A stretch of DNA of 64,000 nucleotides, from the IMG/VR virus record IMGVR_UViG_3300035182_000466, positions 106,062 through 170,061 of that record; one strand, written 5' to 3'. Every line of letters begins with the position of its first letter. The first letter of the stretch is position 1. The position numbers and the translations under genes were made by a program. The notes below the pieces were generated by a model, which saw nothing but the letters and a program-made list of their open reading frames with translations, ran no database searches and was not told the DNA's origin. Of this stretch, positions 1 to 9,802 are shown one piece after another. Origin of the DNA: a virus.

Positions 1-1782
1 CAAGATCTTAGAGCACGAGACTCTTGGAAGGACCTTGTTGATGGTAGTACCGGAGAAACCTTAATAGAACATAATGCTGCTATTGGGACATTTCTACAGC
101 AATCTTTAGAGACTGCCTTTAAAGAGTGTTTTACAGATACAGCCTCCAGAGATAGTTCTATTTATGCAATAACTAGAATGTTGGGTATTAGAGTATCCAG
201 AAAATTACCTGGAGTGCAAAGTTGTAACATTCAAAGATCCAATATGCTTAACTTGCCTATAAGTAATTCATTGGTTATTCCAGAATTTTCACAGTTTACT
301 GTTGGTGATGATATTCCTTTTTATAATAGATCTACCTTGAACTTTGTAGAATCTAGTGCAACATTAAATAATGTTCTTTTATATCAAGGTAAAATTTATA
401 CTAAAAAGTATGTAAGCTCTGGAGAACCATTTCAGAGAATAATAATTCAATCATCCTCACCAATGTCTATATCAGATATAGATATAATTGTTTATGTTGG
501 AGATGAAAAATGGACTGTCGTTTATGATGGTTTATGGAATTATGGAATAGATGATAAAGTTGTAGCAGATTCTACTTTAGGTACTGGTGACGTTATTCTT
601 CAGTTTGGAAATGGCTATAATGGAGCATTACCTGCAACTAATCAAGATATAACCGTACAGTATGTAGAGACTTATGGTGCAAAATTAAGTATGATAGGTT
701 CAGGTGCAAACGTTCAATTAAATAATCAACTTAATGGATACTCTATATCTGGTAATATTATACGACTACCAGATGTTACCCAAATTTTTACTACCTTAGG
801 TGGTTTGAGTTTAACACTAAGTAGTTTAACTAATCCTACTCCAGTAGTTTATTTACCTTCTGGAAATAGTTGGGACATAACTAATGTTGGTTTTCAATTA
901 GAAGAGAGTAATGGAGGACTTGCTTTAATAACAGGAGTAAATGGAAATGAAGCAACCTTATCTGTAGTGTCTCCTTTTACGACAAAAAATTTATCTGCTG
1001 GATCCTGGTTTATGTCAGTACCAACTACGGGTCAAGATGAAAAACCTAGTTATTATTATAAGGTTCTATCACCTAACATGAGCAAGGCAATGGGAAGAGC
1101 TGTTACTACTCAAGACCACTCTGCTGTTATAATGCAATACAGCGGAATAAGTGATGTTTTGGTAAGAACAGAAAAAGATATAATAAAAGCTTTGACGCAA
1201 AAAATACAGAAAAGTGCAGAGGTTATAGCTAGAGAACAGTCTCTCAATATTTATAACGGTGTGGATTACTATGAAATAGTTCCAGATATACATCCTGCAC
1301 TTCAAAATGTGATATGGGTTTCATTTTTAACATCTAGTGGATTAAGTTTTAATTCACTTCAGAATACCGAATTTTTAAACTGGTTTAGATCTAAGCAATT
1401 TGATGGAACTACTATTAAACTTCAGGTTCCTACTAAAAACATGGTAGATTTATCAATTTCTTTATATTGCAATTCTGGAAAAGATCTTCTGGTAGCACAA
1501 TCATTGGCAGAGACTGCAATAAGAAAGATGTTTGCAACAGACAAGCCTATGTTGAGCAAAAAGATTGTAATGAATGATATTTATGATACTTTAAGTAATA
1601 GCCTTGATGACTTTTTAGATTATTCTTCTATAGAGGCTAAGTTAGATGGAGTAGCAACCTTTGAGTTAGTTCCAAAGAATGCAGCTATAGATGACTTCGG
1701 TTTTCCTGTACCACCTGGATACTTATATTTGCAGAATTTATCTATAACAGCCAAAACTACAGATAGAAGAAGTAAAAGGTAG
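1..1782 (+). CDS. Baseplate wedge protein (T4 gp6/baseplate J-like), 5'-truncated by window edge
   Basis: Frame is open from base 1 (QDLRARDSWKDLVDGSTGETLIEHNAAIG...ECFTDTASRDSSIYAITRMLG), so the gene starts upstream of the 178 ATG. Motifs LQFGNG..G..P and RAVTTQDH resemble gp6-like wedges. Confidence 0.8.
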   Translation, partial: QDLRARDSWKDLVDGSTGETLIEHNAAIGTFLQQSLETAFKECFTDTASRDSSIYAITRMLGIRVSRKLPGVQSCNIQRSNMLNLPISNSLVIPEFSQFTVGDDIPFYNRSTLNFVESSATLNNVLLYQGKIYTKKYVSSGEPFQRIIIQSSSPMSISDIDIIVYVGDEKWTVVYDGLWNYGIDDKVVADSTLGTGDVILQFGNGYNGALPATNQDITVQYVETYGAKLSMIGSGANVQLNNQLNGYSISGNIIRLPDVTQIFTTLGGLSLTLSSLTNPTPVVYLPSGNSWDITNVGFQLEESNGGLALITGVNGNEATLSVVSPFTTKNLSAGSWFMSVPTTGQDEKPSYYYKVLSPNMSKAMGRAVTTQDHSAVIMQYSGISDVLVRTEKDIIKALTQKIQKSAEVIAREQSLNIYNGVDYYEIVPDIHPALQNVIWVSFLTSSGLSFNSLQNTEFLNWFRSKQFDGTTIKLQVPTKNMVDLSISLYCNSGKDLLVAQSLAETAIRKMFATDKPMLSKKIVMNDIYDTLSNSLDDFLDYSSIEAKLDGVATFELVPKNAAIDDFGFPVPPGYLYLQNLSITAKTTDRRSKR

Positions 1783-1788
1783 GATGTT

Positions 1789-3957
1789 ATGATTCCGACT
1801 AAAGCTAGCAATTGGGAATATATCTATTTAGATACTAATACTAACTTGTATGTTCCACATTACTATAACATAACTGATAGAGTAATGTTTGAAGATAATG
1901 AGTACATAGCTCAAGTAAGTCATTATGCTACTAGTTCTTTCACGCAAGACTACTTAAATGGATATTGGAAACGTTGGAATCTTATAAAGACTAGAGAATG
2001 GCTTCCAGGAACAATTTATGCATCAGGAGATAAAATTAAGTATGGTCATATAACATATATATGTAAATATGGTCATTTATCTCAAGACTTATTTAGTAAA
2101 GATCTTAGTGTAAATTTAGATAACTTAAACTTCGATTTTTTATATAAGAGAAATGATTATAACAAAGTTTCAAAATCTTTTCCTTGGGCAGGCATAAAAG
2201 TATATACCAAAGATGAATTAGTAATAGATAGAGATATAACATATAAGTGTTTACAAGATCACACAGTCAACACTCTTGCTGACATATATTCAACTAGACC
2301 TTTATATGGTGTAAATTGGAAAAGCTATTGGACTTTTACTATTGAAGAACCTAAAGATTTAAACACTCGTTGGGCGCAAGGTCGTATCTTTAATATTAAT
2401 GATCTGGTAGAAAATAATGGTAAGTTATATCTTTGTAAGAGCGCCTATAATGGATTATCTCCTGAGTATATAGATAATAATGAACCTGGAATGGGTTCTA
2501 CTTGGAAAGATTTTTGGGATGAATTTGTACTATGGGATGTAGAACTAACCAGATGTGATTATGTCAACTGGATGAGTGATGTACCATTTCTTCGTGATTA
2601 TTTAGAAGTTATTGATCTATTGCAAATAACTAATATAGATCATCCAATAGTCAAATTGACAAAATTGAGATCATTAGATACAGAAACAGAGCAGGAGATA
2701 TTAAAACTAACCACTAGCTTTTTAGGTTTTTCTTTCCTAGCCGAGTCTTCTTTAATAGATCCATCCTCATATTATCAATACATAAATTATTTGTCTATGT
2801 ATAAGAGTGAGTCTGGAACTGAATCTTACTTAAAATTTTTAAACTTTATAGTAAGACATGATTTAGATATACCTTCAAACGATACTCCTCTATCTCAGTA
2901 TATAGATAAAACTACAAAAGTTCCACTTTGGAAAATTAAAGAACTATATACTCATAATTATAAATCTTTTTGGACTAAAGAAGAAGTTATTTGTAAGTTA
3001 GGACTGAGCAAAAAATACTTTAAAACTACTTTCTTTAGATCTAATGGACAAACAGTATATAATATGTTTGAAACAGTTGAATATATGGGTTGGGTTTGGA
3101 GTAGTCTTGTTGATAATAATGAAGACTTACCTACTTTAACTTCTCCTTATTGGACCAGAGTTTCTGCTCTACCTGAATCTGAATTTGTAGATAGTTCATT
3201 ACTTTCAAATTTTGATGATAGTGAGGTTTTGTATTTAAATTTTCCTATGACATTTAGAGGAACTTGGTTCAAGCTAGAGTCTTATTATTTGAATGATACA
3301 GTAATATATAATGGTAAAATATGGAACTGTATTAAAGCTGGTGCTAAAGGATATATACCTTATGATGGAAGTTCTTACTGGAGTAAGGTTTCAGATATAA
3401 ATCTTTTTGAAGTGTATAATAGTTATAAAACATACTATGTAGATGATAAAGTAATGTACAACAATGAAATTTGGCAGTGTACTAAAGCCAGAATAAAAGG
3501 TCAAGAACCATCTGACTCCAGTAGTTCTTGGAACAAGCTCTCTGACTCCAGTTCTGTAGCTAGTTCTGAATTTAAGAATTATGGTTATTATAGAACCAAT
3601 AGAGTATATTTATATAGATCTGATGATATGCGTAAGATGGGTTCTGACTTAGAAAAGTATCCTGAATATGCAGGTATAACTAAAATATTTTATGAATTAT
3701 CAATTGCAGCTAAAGTAATTTATATAAAGGAGATTGGATATGATTATGTATTATCTAACTTACCAAGACTTGTTCAGATAAATCCAGATAATAGTGAATT
3801 TGAAGAAGCTCACTATATACCATTTATTTGTAATAAAAAAATTACATATCCTACACCTGTAAGAGTAGGCAATTGGGTACCAGATGACCTTAGATCTTGT
3901 GTAACTTGTCCACAAAAATTATTTACACCTAATATTACCGAAAGTCAACAACTGTAA
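1789..3957 (+). CDS. Baseplate/tail protein with multiple CBM5/12-like (Y..GD.V.Y.G..Y.C) repeats and a central tail-protein-I-like segment
   Basis: Repeats such as IYASGDKIKYGHITYIC, YYLNDTVIYNGKIWNC and YYVDDKVMYNNEIWQC; central LGFSF...YKSESGTES; lies between the wedge and fibre genes. Confidence 0.6.
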   Translation: MIPTKASNWEYIYLDTNTNLYVPHYYNITDRVMFEDNEYIAQVSHYATSSFTQDYLNGYWKRWNLIKTREWLPGTIYASGDKIKYGHITYICKYGHLSQDLFSKDLSVNLDNLNFDFLYKRNDYNKVSKSFPWAGIKVYTKDELVIDRDITYKCLQDHTVNTLADIYSTRPLYGVNWKSYWTFTIEEPKDLNTRWAQGRIFNINDLVENNGKLYLCKSAYNGLSPEYIDNNEPGMGSTWKDFWDEFVLWDVELTRCDYVNWMSDVPFLRDYLEVIDLLQITNIDHPIVKLTKLRSLDTETEQEILKLTTSFLGFSFLAESSLIDPSSYYQYINYLSMYKSESGTESYLKFLNFIVRHDLDIPSNDTPLSQYIDKTTKVPLWKIKELYTHNYKSFWTKEEVICKLGLSKKYFKTTFFRSNGQTVYNMFETVEYMGWVWSSLVDNNEDLPTLTSPYWTRVSALPESEFVDSSLLSNFDDSEVLYLNFPMTFRGTWFKLESYYLNDTVIYNGKIWNCIKAGAKGYIPYDGSSYWSKVSDINLFEVYNSYKTYYVDDKVMYNNEIWQCTKARIKGQEPSDSSSSWNKLSDSSSVASSEFKNYGYYRTNRVYLYRSDDMRKMGSDLEKYPEYAGITKIFYELSIAAKVIYIKEIGYDYVLSNLPRLVQINPDNSEFEEAHYIPFICNKKITYPTPVRVGNWVPDDLRSCVTCPQKLFTPNITESQQL

Positions 3958-3960
3958 ATA
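3951..3960 (+). promoter_or_regulatory. ACTGTAAATA motif (putative phage promoter) upstream of the tail fibre/radical SAM operon
   Basis: Copy of a recurring sense-oriented motif, followed by an AGGAGG RBS and the ATG at 3988. Confidence 0.5.
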
Positions 3961-3987
3961 TAATATAATATAATAGGAGGTTTTACT

Positions 3988-6552
3988 ATGGCTACAATGC
4001 AAATAACTAAAGTCGGTTATGAGCAAATAACCGATGCACTACAAAGTGGTTATACTTTAAAGATTACTAAAGTTAAATTTGGTACTGGATCAGATTATGT
4101 TCCAACAGCAGGAGATGTTGAACTTCATGGTCATATTCTATATGAAGGCCCAATTAGTAATGTGGATGTAGTAAATGATGATATAATTGATTTTCTTTGT
4201 ATTTGCCCTGAGAACTTAGGTGTAGACACAGTCACTATTGGTGAAGTTGGATTATATATAGAAAATACTGATGGAACCGATACTCTATTTGCATTAGCTT
4301 GTTATCCTTATCCTTTCAGTAAAGCACCAAATATGCGGTATAAAACACACTGCTTAGTTTTGAATCCATATATAAGCAATGCAGTAGATTTAACTTTAAC
4401 TTGGACTATGAGTTTACCACGAGTTAATTATTATGGAGATTTACCTAATCCGGAAAGAACTGGAGATAATGCTTATATAGTAAACCACGGATTTACAGAT
4501 AGTGGTGTTTTAAAACCTTCTTTAGTTACACGATACGCAATGTCTGATACAGGCCCACTAGCGTGGGGGCTCTTAAATGGAGATTTATATTATGATGGCT
4601 ATGTTACTCCAGTTGAAGGGGATCCAGCCAGTTTTAAATTAGCTGGTTTACCATTGTCTAACTTTCCTGCCATAAATATTAAATTTGCTTTTGTTTATGT
4701 TTGTGAAGGTACAGGAAGAACTCAGTGTAGAGCATTATCTTATAATGCATCACTAGATTGCTTTACTACTTTGTATGAAGACTTTTCCTTAACTGTTAAG
4801 GGATCTGGAACTCCTTCCTATGAAGGAGCTTGTAATACAGGTAACACTGCAGGTACTGTGTTGCATATAACTAATCTAGATTCAAGCTCAAGAGTATTGA
4901 TTTGGACAGCGGTAAGGATGGAAGCTACTGGTCTTGTTTTTAGAGGTCGTTGGGATGCAGCAGCAGGATATCCATCTAGTCCTATTCCAGGATCATACTG
5001 GGTAGTATCTGGTAATGGTATTATAAATGGAACCTGTTATCAAGTTGGAGACTGGATGGTATTTTCTGGTGATGAACAGTGGGATAAGATTGATAACACT
5101 GAACTACCTTACTTACTATATCGTGGTGATTGGGATGCTTCTACCGGTCAAGCTCCACCGCCACAACCAATACAATATTATTGGCAGAATATTCGTCAAG
5201 GACATTATTGGGTAATAAGTACTGCTGGAGTTATAGCAGGAGTATGGTTTGATGTTGATGATTGGATAGTATGGAATGGAACAAAGTGGCAAAAAGTAGA
5301 TAATAAAGGTGGTCTAAAATTTAGAGGGTATCATGCTATAGTATCTGATAATCATGTGCCTACTGTTTTAACTGATGGTGACTATTGGATTGTGTCCCAA
5401 AAAGGAACTATTAATGGTATTCGTTATGATGTTAAAGATATCCTAGTATGGACAGGTTCAACCTTTATGCGGTTGATAAATCAAGAAGGCTTAGTTTATC
5501 AAGGTCTTTATGACCCAAGCATAACTGGTGAATATCCAGTGCCTTTCAAATCTGGTGATCTTTGGATTGTTAAAAAGAATGGTGAAGTAACTAATCAAGA
5601 TGATCCTACAGTTAAAGATAACTTATATGTAGATGATTTTTTAGTAGCTATTCCAACTACTAGTACTACTTTTACCTGTGATACTAATAGTAATAGTACC
5701 ATTTTAAATACTACTGGTAATATGCGTTGGAAAGTAATTTCAGCAGGAGGATTAACCTATCGTGGTACTCATGATGCATCTACTGGTATTATGCCAATTC
5801 CCCTGCATAAAGGAGACTATTGGGTTATTACTAATCCAGGTTATTTAAATGGTGTATATTATGAAACAAATGATTGGATTACATTTAATGGATCTTCTTT
5901 TAATAAAGTTAGTAATAGAGAAGGTCTTAAATATCAAGGACTGTGGGAAATTGGTACCAACGGATCTGTACCTCCAACTCATCCAGTAGAAGGTGACTTT
6001 TGGATTGTTAGCTCTCCTGGATCTGTACAAGGCACTGGATATAGTATAGGTGATTGGTTAGTTTGGACAAATTCTGGATGGACTAACGTTGATAATAGAC
6101 CTGGATTCTATTATAGAGGAGACTGGAATCCAACTTCAGGAACAAATCCAGTTGCATTAAAAGAAGGCGATTTGTATCGTATTAACGCTGCTGGTACATT
6201 CAATGGCGAGCATGTAGCTCCTGGAGACTTCATTGTTTGGACAACAGCAGGATGGCTCCTGATCTTAGGAACTCTTGACCGTATAGATATTCCTAGATAT
6301 AACATAACCACTAATGATTACATGCTCCGTGAGTATGAATATGCAGATGCTTCTACTGGTAAAGTATATAACTCAGCTAAAAACCTTAAGATAGGATTTG
6401 CATTAGAGATTTTATTTAAAGATAGAACTAATCCAGTGTATGTACCATATCTTGAACAATTGAACGAATTAGAGTTTTGTGGTTGTACTTGTACTTGTAC
6501 TTGCCAATGTACGGCACCTTGTAACTGTTGTAAAGGCGCAGGTCCAGTTTAA
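3988..6552 (+). CDS. Tail fibre: N-terminal DUF3751-like baseplate-attachment domain, about 7 Trp/Gly-rich ~58-aa repeats, Cys-rich C-terminus
   Basis: N-terminus ITKVG...ITKVKFGTG...IGEVGLY...LFA; repeats GLxYRGxWD...GDYWIVS..G...Y..GDW.VW.G..W..VDN; ends FCGCTCTCTCQCTAPCNCCKGAGPV. Confidence 0.8.
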   Translation: MATMQITKVGYEQITDALQSGYTLKITKVKFGTGSDYVPTAGDVELHGHILYEGPISNVDVVNDDIIDFLCICPENLGVDTVTIGEVGLYIENTDGTDTLFALACYPYPFSKAPNMRYKTHCLVLNPYISNAVDLTLTWTMSLPRVNYYGDLPNPERTGDNAYIVNHGFTDSGVLKPSLVTRYAMSDTGPLAWGLLNGDLYYDGYVTPVEGDPASFKLAGLPLSNFPAINIKFAFVYVCEGTGRTQCRALSYNASLDCFTTLYEDFSLTVKGSGTPSYEGACNTGNTAGTVLHITNLDSSSRVLIWTAVRMEATGLVFRGRWDAAAGYPSSPIPGSYWVVSGNGIINGTCYQVGDWMVFSGDEQWDKIDNTELPYLLYRGDWDASTGQAPPPQPIQYYWQNIRQGHYWVISTAGVIAGVWFDVDDWIVWNGTKWQKVDNKGGLKFRGYHAIVSDNHVPTVLTDGDYWIVSQKGTINGIRYDVKDILVWTGSTFMRLINQEGLVYQGLYDPSITGEYPVPFKSGDLWIVKKNGEVTNQDDPTVKDNLYVDDFLVAIPTTSTTFTCDTNSNSTILNTTGNMRWKVISAGGLTYRGTHDASTGIMPIPLHKGDYWVITNPGYLNGVYYETNDWITFNGSSFNKVSNREGLKYQGLWEIGTNGSVPPTHPVEGDFWIVSSPGSVQGTGYSIGDWLVWTNSGWTNVDNRPGFYYRGDWNPTSGTNPVALKEGDLYRINAAGTFNGEHVAPGDFIVWTTAGWLLILGTLDRIDIPRYNITTNDYMLREYEYADASTGKVYNSAKNLKIGFALEILFKDRTNPVYVPYLEQLNELEFCGCTCTCTCQCTAPCNCCKGAGPV
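6478..6531 (+). repeat. Cys-X repeat tract (TGTACT x3 core) encoding 9 Cys in 18 residues
   Basis: TGT GGT TGT ACT TGT ACT TGT ACT TGC CAA TGT ACG GCA CCT TGT AAC TGT TGT. Confidence 0.95.
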
Positions 6553-6569
6553 ATTAAAGTGAGGATAAT

Positions 6570-7307
6570 ATGTCAAGAGTATATTTTTGTGTTAAAAACA
6601 GTTATTCTTCTACCACTCCTAAACCTGCGAATATTACGTCTGTAGGAGATGTAACTATAACAGTATCTAATTCAAACATAATAATAAATCAACCCGATGT
6701 TCTTATAGACTCAGATAGAGATATACATTTAATAGTTGCTTCAGATTTTACATTTAATACTCCTGGTCTAGTTCAGACTTCGCATGTTTTTGGTTCAAAG
6801 GATTATTTTGATAAAGTACAGGTTTATTATTATAATAATACCTATTTCTATTATTTTGAAAGTGTAGAACATTACTGTGCCGTATATGAGCGTCACTTTT
6901 CTACAGTTTATTTTAGACATGATCCTACTAAAATATTCTGTGAAGTAACATCTAATGCGATAGCTATTCAAGGAGCAGGTAAATTTGTTTTTCTAATCAG
7001 AGGTCTTTTTGTTTCAGAAAATGTAGTTACCTTGAAAATGCAAGATGAAGAAAAAACTGAAATACCAATATCTTTAATATCAGATAGTAATACACAAACT
7101 ACGTTAAACTCTATAAATACTTCTTTCAATACGTTAGAAAATGGTACTATAGTAGATTCCTTTATTCAAAGTCGTGGATTCTTTTTAGAGCTAGACCCCG
7201 ATGTTTTAAAAGGTGAAGGTTATCTAATAATAGAGAATGAATTACCTACAAGTTTTGCAATAACCGGTGTATCTAAGACTAGAAGTAAAATGATGTTCTT
7301 TATTTAA
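6570..7307 (+). CDS. Hypothetical protein between the tail fibre and radical SAM genes
   Basis: 245-aa ORF with GAGG RBS; no motif recognised. Confidence 0.7.
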   Translation: MSRVYFCVKNSYSSTTPKPANITSVGDVTITVSNSNIIINQPDVLIDSDRDIHLIVASDFTFNTPGLVQTSHVFGSKDYFDKVQVYYYNNTYFYYFESVEHYCAVYERHFSTVYFRHDPTKIFCEVTSNAIAIQGAGKFVFLIRGLFVSENVVTLKMQDEEKTEIPISLISDSNTQTTLNSINTSFNTLENGTIVDSFIQSRGFFLELDPDVLKGEGYLIIENELPTSFAITGVSKTRSKMMFFI

Positions 7308-7341
7308 AATAATAACTGATTACTGGTAAAGGAAAAATAAA

Positions 7342-8706
7342 ATGATAACTAAACATGATTTAGAAGATGATATTTTAACCTTTTCTAAAGATAGGTCTTT
7401 TAGGTATTTTAAAACAAAAGGCGGATTATTAGTAAAGAGCTTTCTTAATACAAATAGATACTATATAGAAAGTGCTGATGATGATTTACCTATTGCCTCT
7501 GTTTGTTTTGGAGAAGAAATATTTACTAATGATGAATTAGATCAACTATATGATATTATAAATCAAGATAAAAAACAGTTACGCCAAGATATATTTAGTT
7601 TAGGAATATTCAATTCTACCTGTAATGTTAGTTGTGAATATTGTACTAATGGCGATAGAACTAAAATGCTCCAGAAGCTACCAAGTATAGAACAACTACA
7701 AGAGGTCTTTAATACTTATAACATCAAATATGTAAGTGTAGCTGGAGGAGAACCATTAGTAGAATGGCCCCAACTAAAAAATATTCTGACATTTTTAGAT
7801 GAACAACCTGGTATAAAAACAATGGAAATCTTATCAAATGGAAGATTACTTAAGCCTGAGATACTTGAGTTTATATCTAGTTTAACACGAGACGTTAAGT
7901 TATTTTTAACTGTTACTACAAAAGAAGACTCAAAAGATCACATGAATATACAAGAGCTTTATGAGTTATATCCGAAGTTGGTAGGACACCCTGTTGAAAT
8001 AAATATTGTTATAGACCACTATAAATTTGATGTAGATAGATTTTTATCTTTAATTGTAGAAATGGTTAAAAAAGGAAATTTTGGAGTAACCTTAAATGCA
8101 ATACGCAGAGAAGACGCAACAGAAGAAGGACTATTGCAATTAATAAATAATGTAAAAGCAATGATCCGAAGTCCTCATATTCGTGATTTGTCTTGCCCCG
8201 AAGACGATAATCCAACAACACCTTTTTATTATGCAACCGGAAGTTGTAGTAGTGGGATGATTTGTGCTTCATCTAAAGGTTATTCCTTTTGTTTGGCCTC
8301 TATGCCACAATATATAGAACAAACTGTAGAAGGTGTAAAGAATATAAGATATATGCAGTCTAAGCATGGATGTGAATCTTGTGATGCTTATTTTGATGAT
8401 GTCTTATGTAAGAATAATATTTTCTCTGGTAGTTGTTATAAACTAGAAAGATTCAACTGTTTAACTTGTCCTAATTTATGCCAATGCCAATATCAGAAGT
8501 GTTATTATCTTTCAGTGAAAAAAATAACAAATCCAGTTGCAGATTATAATAGAGACTTAAGATGTATAGCTTATGTTTTAATTTTCAATCTTATTGACTA
8601 TATAAAACATCAACATATAGATTATTCTGATAGTAATAGTGTGTATAAAATAGACTCAAATAAAATACCGGAGAAATTAGTAAATGAATATTTTTCTACT
8701 AAATAA
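7342..8706 (+). CDS. Radical SAM protein with an extended Cys-rich SPASM-like C-terminus
   Basis: CNVSCEYC (CX3CX2C), AGGEPL, SNG; 14 Cys in the C-terminal third. Confidence 0.9.
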   Translation: MITKHDLEDDILTFSKDRSFRYFKTKGGLLVKSFLNTNRYYIESADDDLPIASVCFGEEIFTNDELDQLYDIINQDKKQLRQDIFSLGIFNSTCNVSCEYCTNGDRTKMLQKLPSIEQLQEVFNTYNIKYVSVAGGEPLVEWPQLKNILTFLDEQPGIKTMEILSNGRLLKPEILEFISSLTRDVKLFLTVTTKEDSKDHMNIQELYELYPKLVGHPVEINIVIDHYKFDVDRFLSLIVEMVKKGNFGVTLNAIRREDATEEGLLQLINNVKAMIRSPHIRDLSCPEDDNPTTPFYYATGSCSSGMICASSKGYSFCLASMPQYIEQTVEGVKNIRYMQSKHGCESCDAYFDDVLCKNNIFSGSCYKLERFNCLTCPNLCQCQYQKCYYLSVKKITNPVADYNRDLRCIAYVLIFNLIDYIKHQHIDYSDSNSVYKIDSNKIPEKLVNEYFSTK

Positions 8707-9802
8707 ACATCACACTTGCTACCTATCAAATTCTGAGTTAAACTTTCTTAGGTTCTGTGCAGAGAAGCTTAAAGGTCTTGAATATGTAGAACAACCAGAG
8801 CTAGCAGATTTAATTGTTTATTCCGGATGTTCTGTTTCTGACGATTATATCATGAGGAATAATAAAGAGCTGGATAAACTTATAGCGCTATATCCAGAAA
8901 AGAAATTTATGTTATTTGGATGTGCTGCACCTTATGGTGAGCACTCAAATGTAATTAGTATTGTACATCTAGAACATTCTAAATTAGATGATCTCTTTAA
9001 TTTACCTTCTGGTTCAATAAAGCAACTTCACTCTTATTATTTCACCTATGAGAAAATTTTTGAAGATCAGAAAGCTATTTTTATATCTAGTGGTTGTGCT
9101 AGTAATTGTACTTATTGTAATATTAAGTTATCTAGACCTAAATTAAAATCAATGCCTTTAGAAGATATTCTTGAAAGAGTGAATCAGTTTTATGCAACTA
9201 ATCATCATTATGTCTTATGCTCAGATGACTGTGGTTCATATGGATTAGATATAGGGACTAATTTTGCAGTTTTACTAGAAACTTTAGTTTTAAATTTTCC
9301 TGATATACTTATAAATATAAAGTGGGTTAATCCACAATGGTTTATAAAGTATTATGATGTTATAAAGAAATATGTGGATACAGGTAATGTTATAGGTATA
9401 GAATGTCCTATTCAGTCAGGATCAGATAGAATATTAAAGTTAATGAATCGTCCATATACTGTAGAAGAAGTCATTGATAAATGGACCAAGATAAAAGGAA
9501 AGTTACTATCTTCTAAAGGTACAGTCATAGTAAACTTTCCTGGAGAAACTTGGGAAGAATTTTTAGCTTCTATGTCTTTACGTAAACATTATGAAATTTT
9601 TATAGTATATATTTTCAAACTAAACAAAAATACAGCTAGTGCAAATCTTCCAGATAGACGAACAGAGGAGGATGCTAAGAGACGACTTGAATATCTAAAA
9701 GAACATTATCCAGACATATACTATGGTGGAGATCTTATAGATAATAACTTAGACCGCTGTATAGACAAACCTTATATGGTAGATAACTTAGAATATGATT
9801 GA
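8684..9802 (+). CDS. MiaB/RimO-family radical SAM methylthiotransferase-like protein lacking a TRAM domain
   Basis: UPF0004-type Cys (TCYLSN, ADLIVYSGCSV, FGC), ISSGCASNCTYC, PIQSGSDRILKLMNRPYT, IVNFPGETWEEF. Confidence 0.85.
   Translation: MNIFLLNKHHTCYLSNSELNFLRFCAEKLKGLEYVEQPELADLIVYSGCSVSDDYIMRNNKELDKLIALYPEKKFMLFGCAAPYGEHSNVISIVHLEHSKLDDLFNLPSGSIKQLHSYYFTYEKIFEDQKAIFISSGCASNCTYCNIKLSRPKLKSMPLEDILERVNQFYATNHHYVLCSDDCGSYGLDIGTNFAVLLETLVLNFPDILINIKWVNPQWFIKYYDVIKKYVDTGNVIGIECPIQSGSDRILKLMNRPYTVEEVIDKWTKIKGKLLSSKGTVIVNFPGETWEEFLASMSLRKHYEIFIVYIFKLNKNTASANLPDRRTEEDAKRRLEYLKEHYPDIYYGGDLIDNNLDRCIDKPYMVDNLEYD

Noticed and set aside
3511-3552. 12-nt direct repeat TCTGACTCCAGT
   Set aside because: A short in-frame SDSS coding duplication with no evidence of a mobile or regulatory role.
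4920-6260. Tail-fibre repeats as a diversity-generating retroelement VR/TR pair
   Set aside because: Repeats are diverged at protein level, no near-identical adenine-variant copy was seen, and there is no reverse transcriptase in the window.
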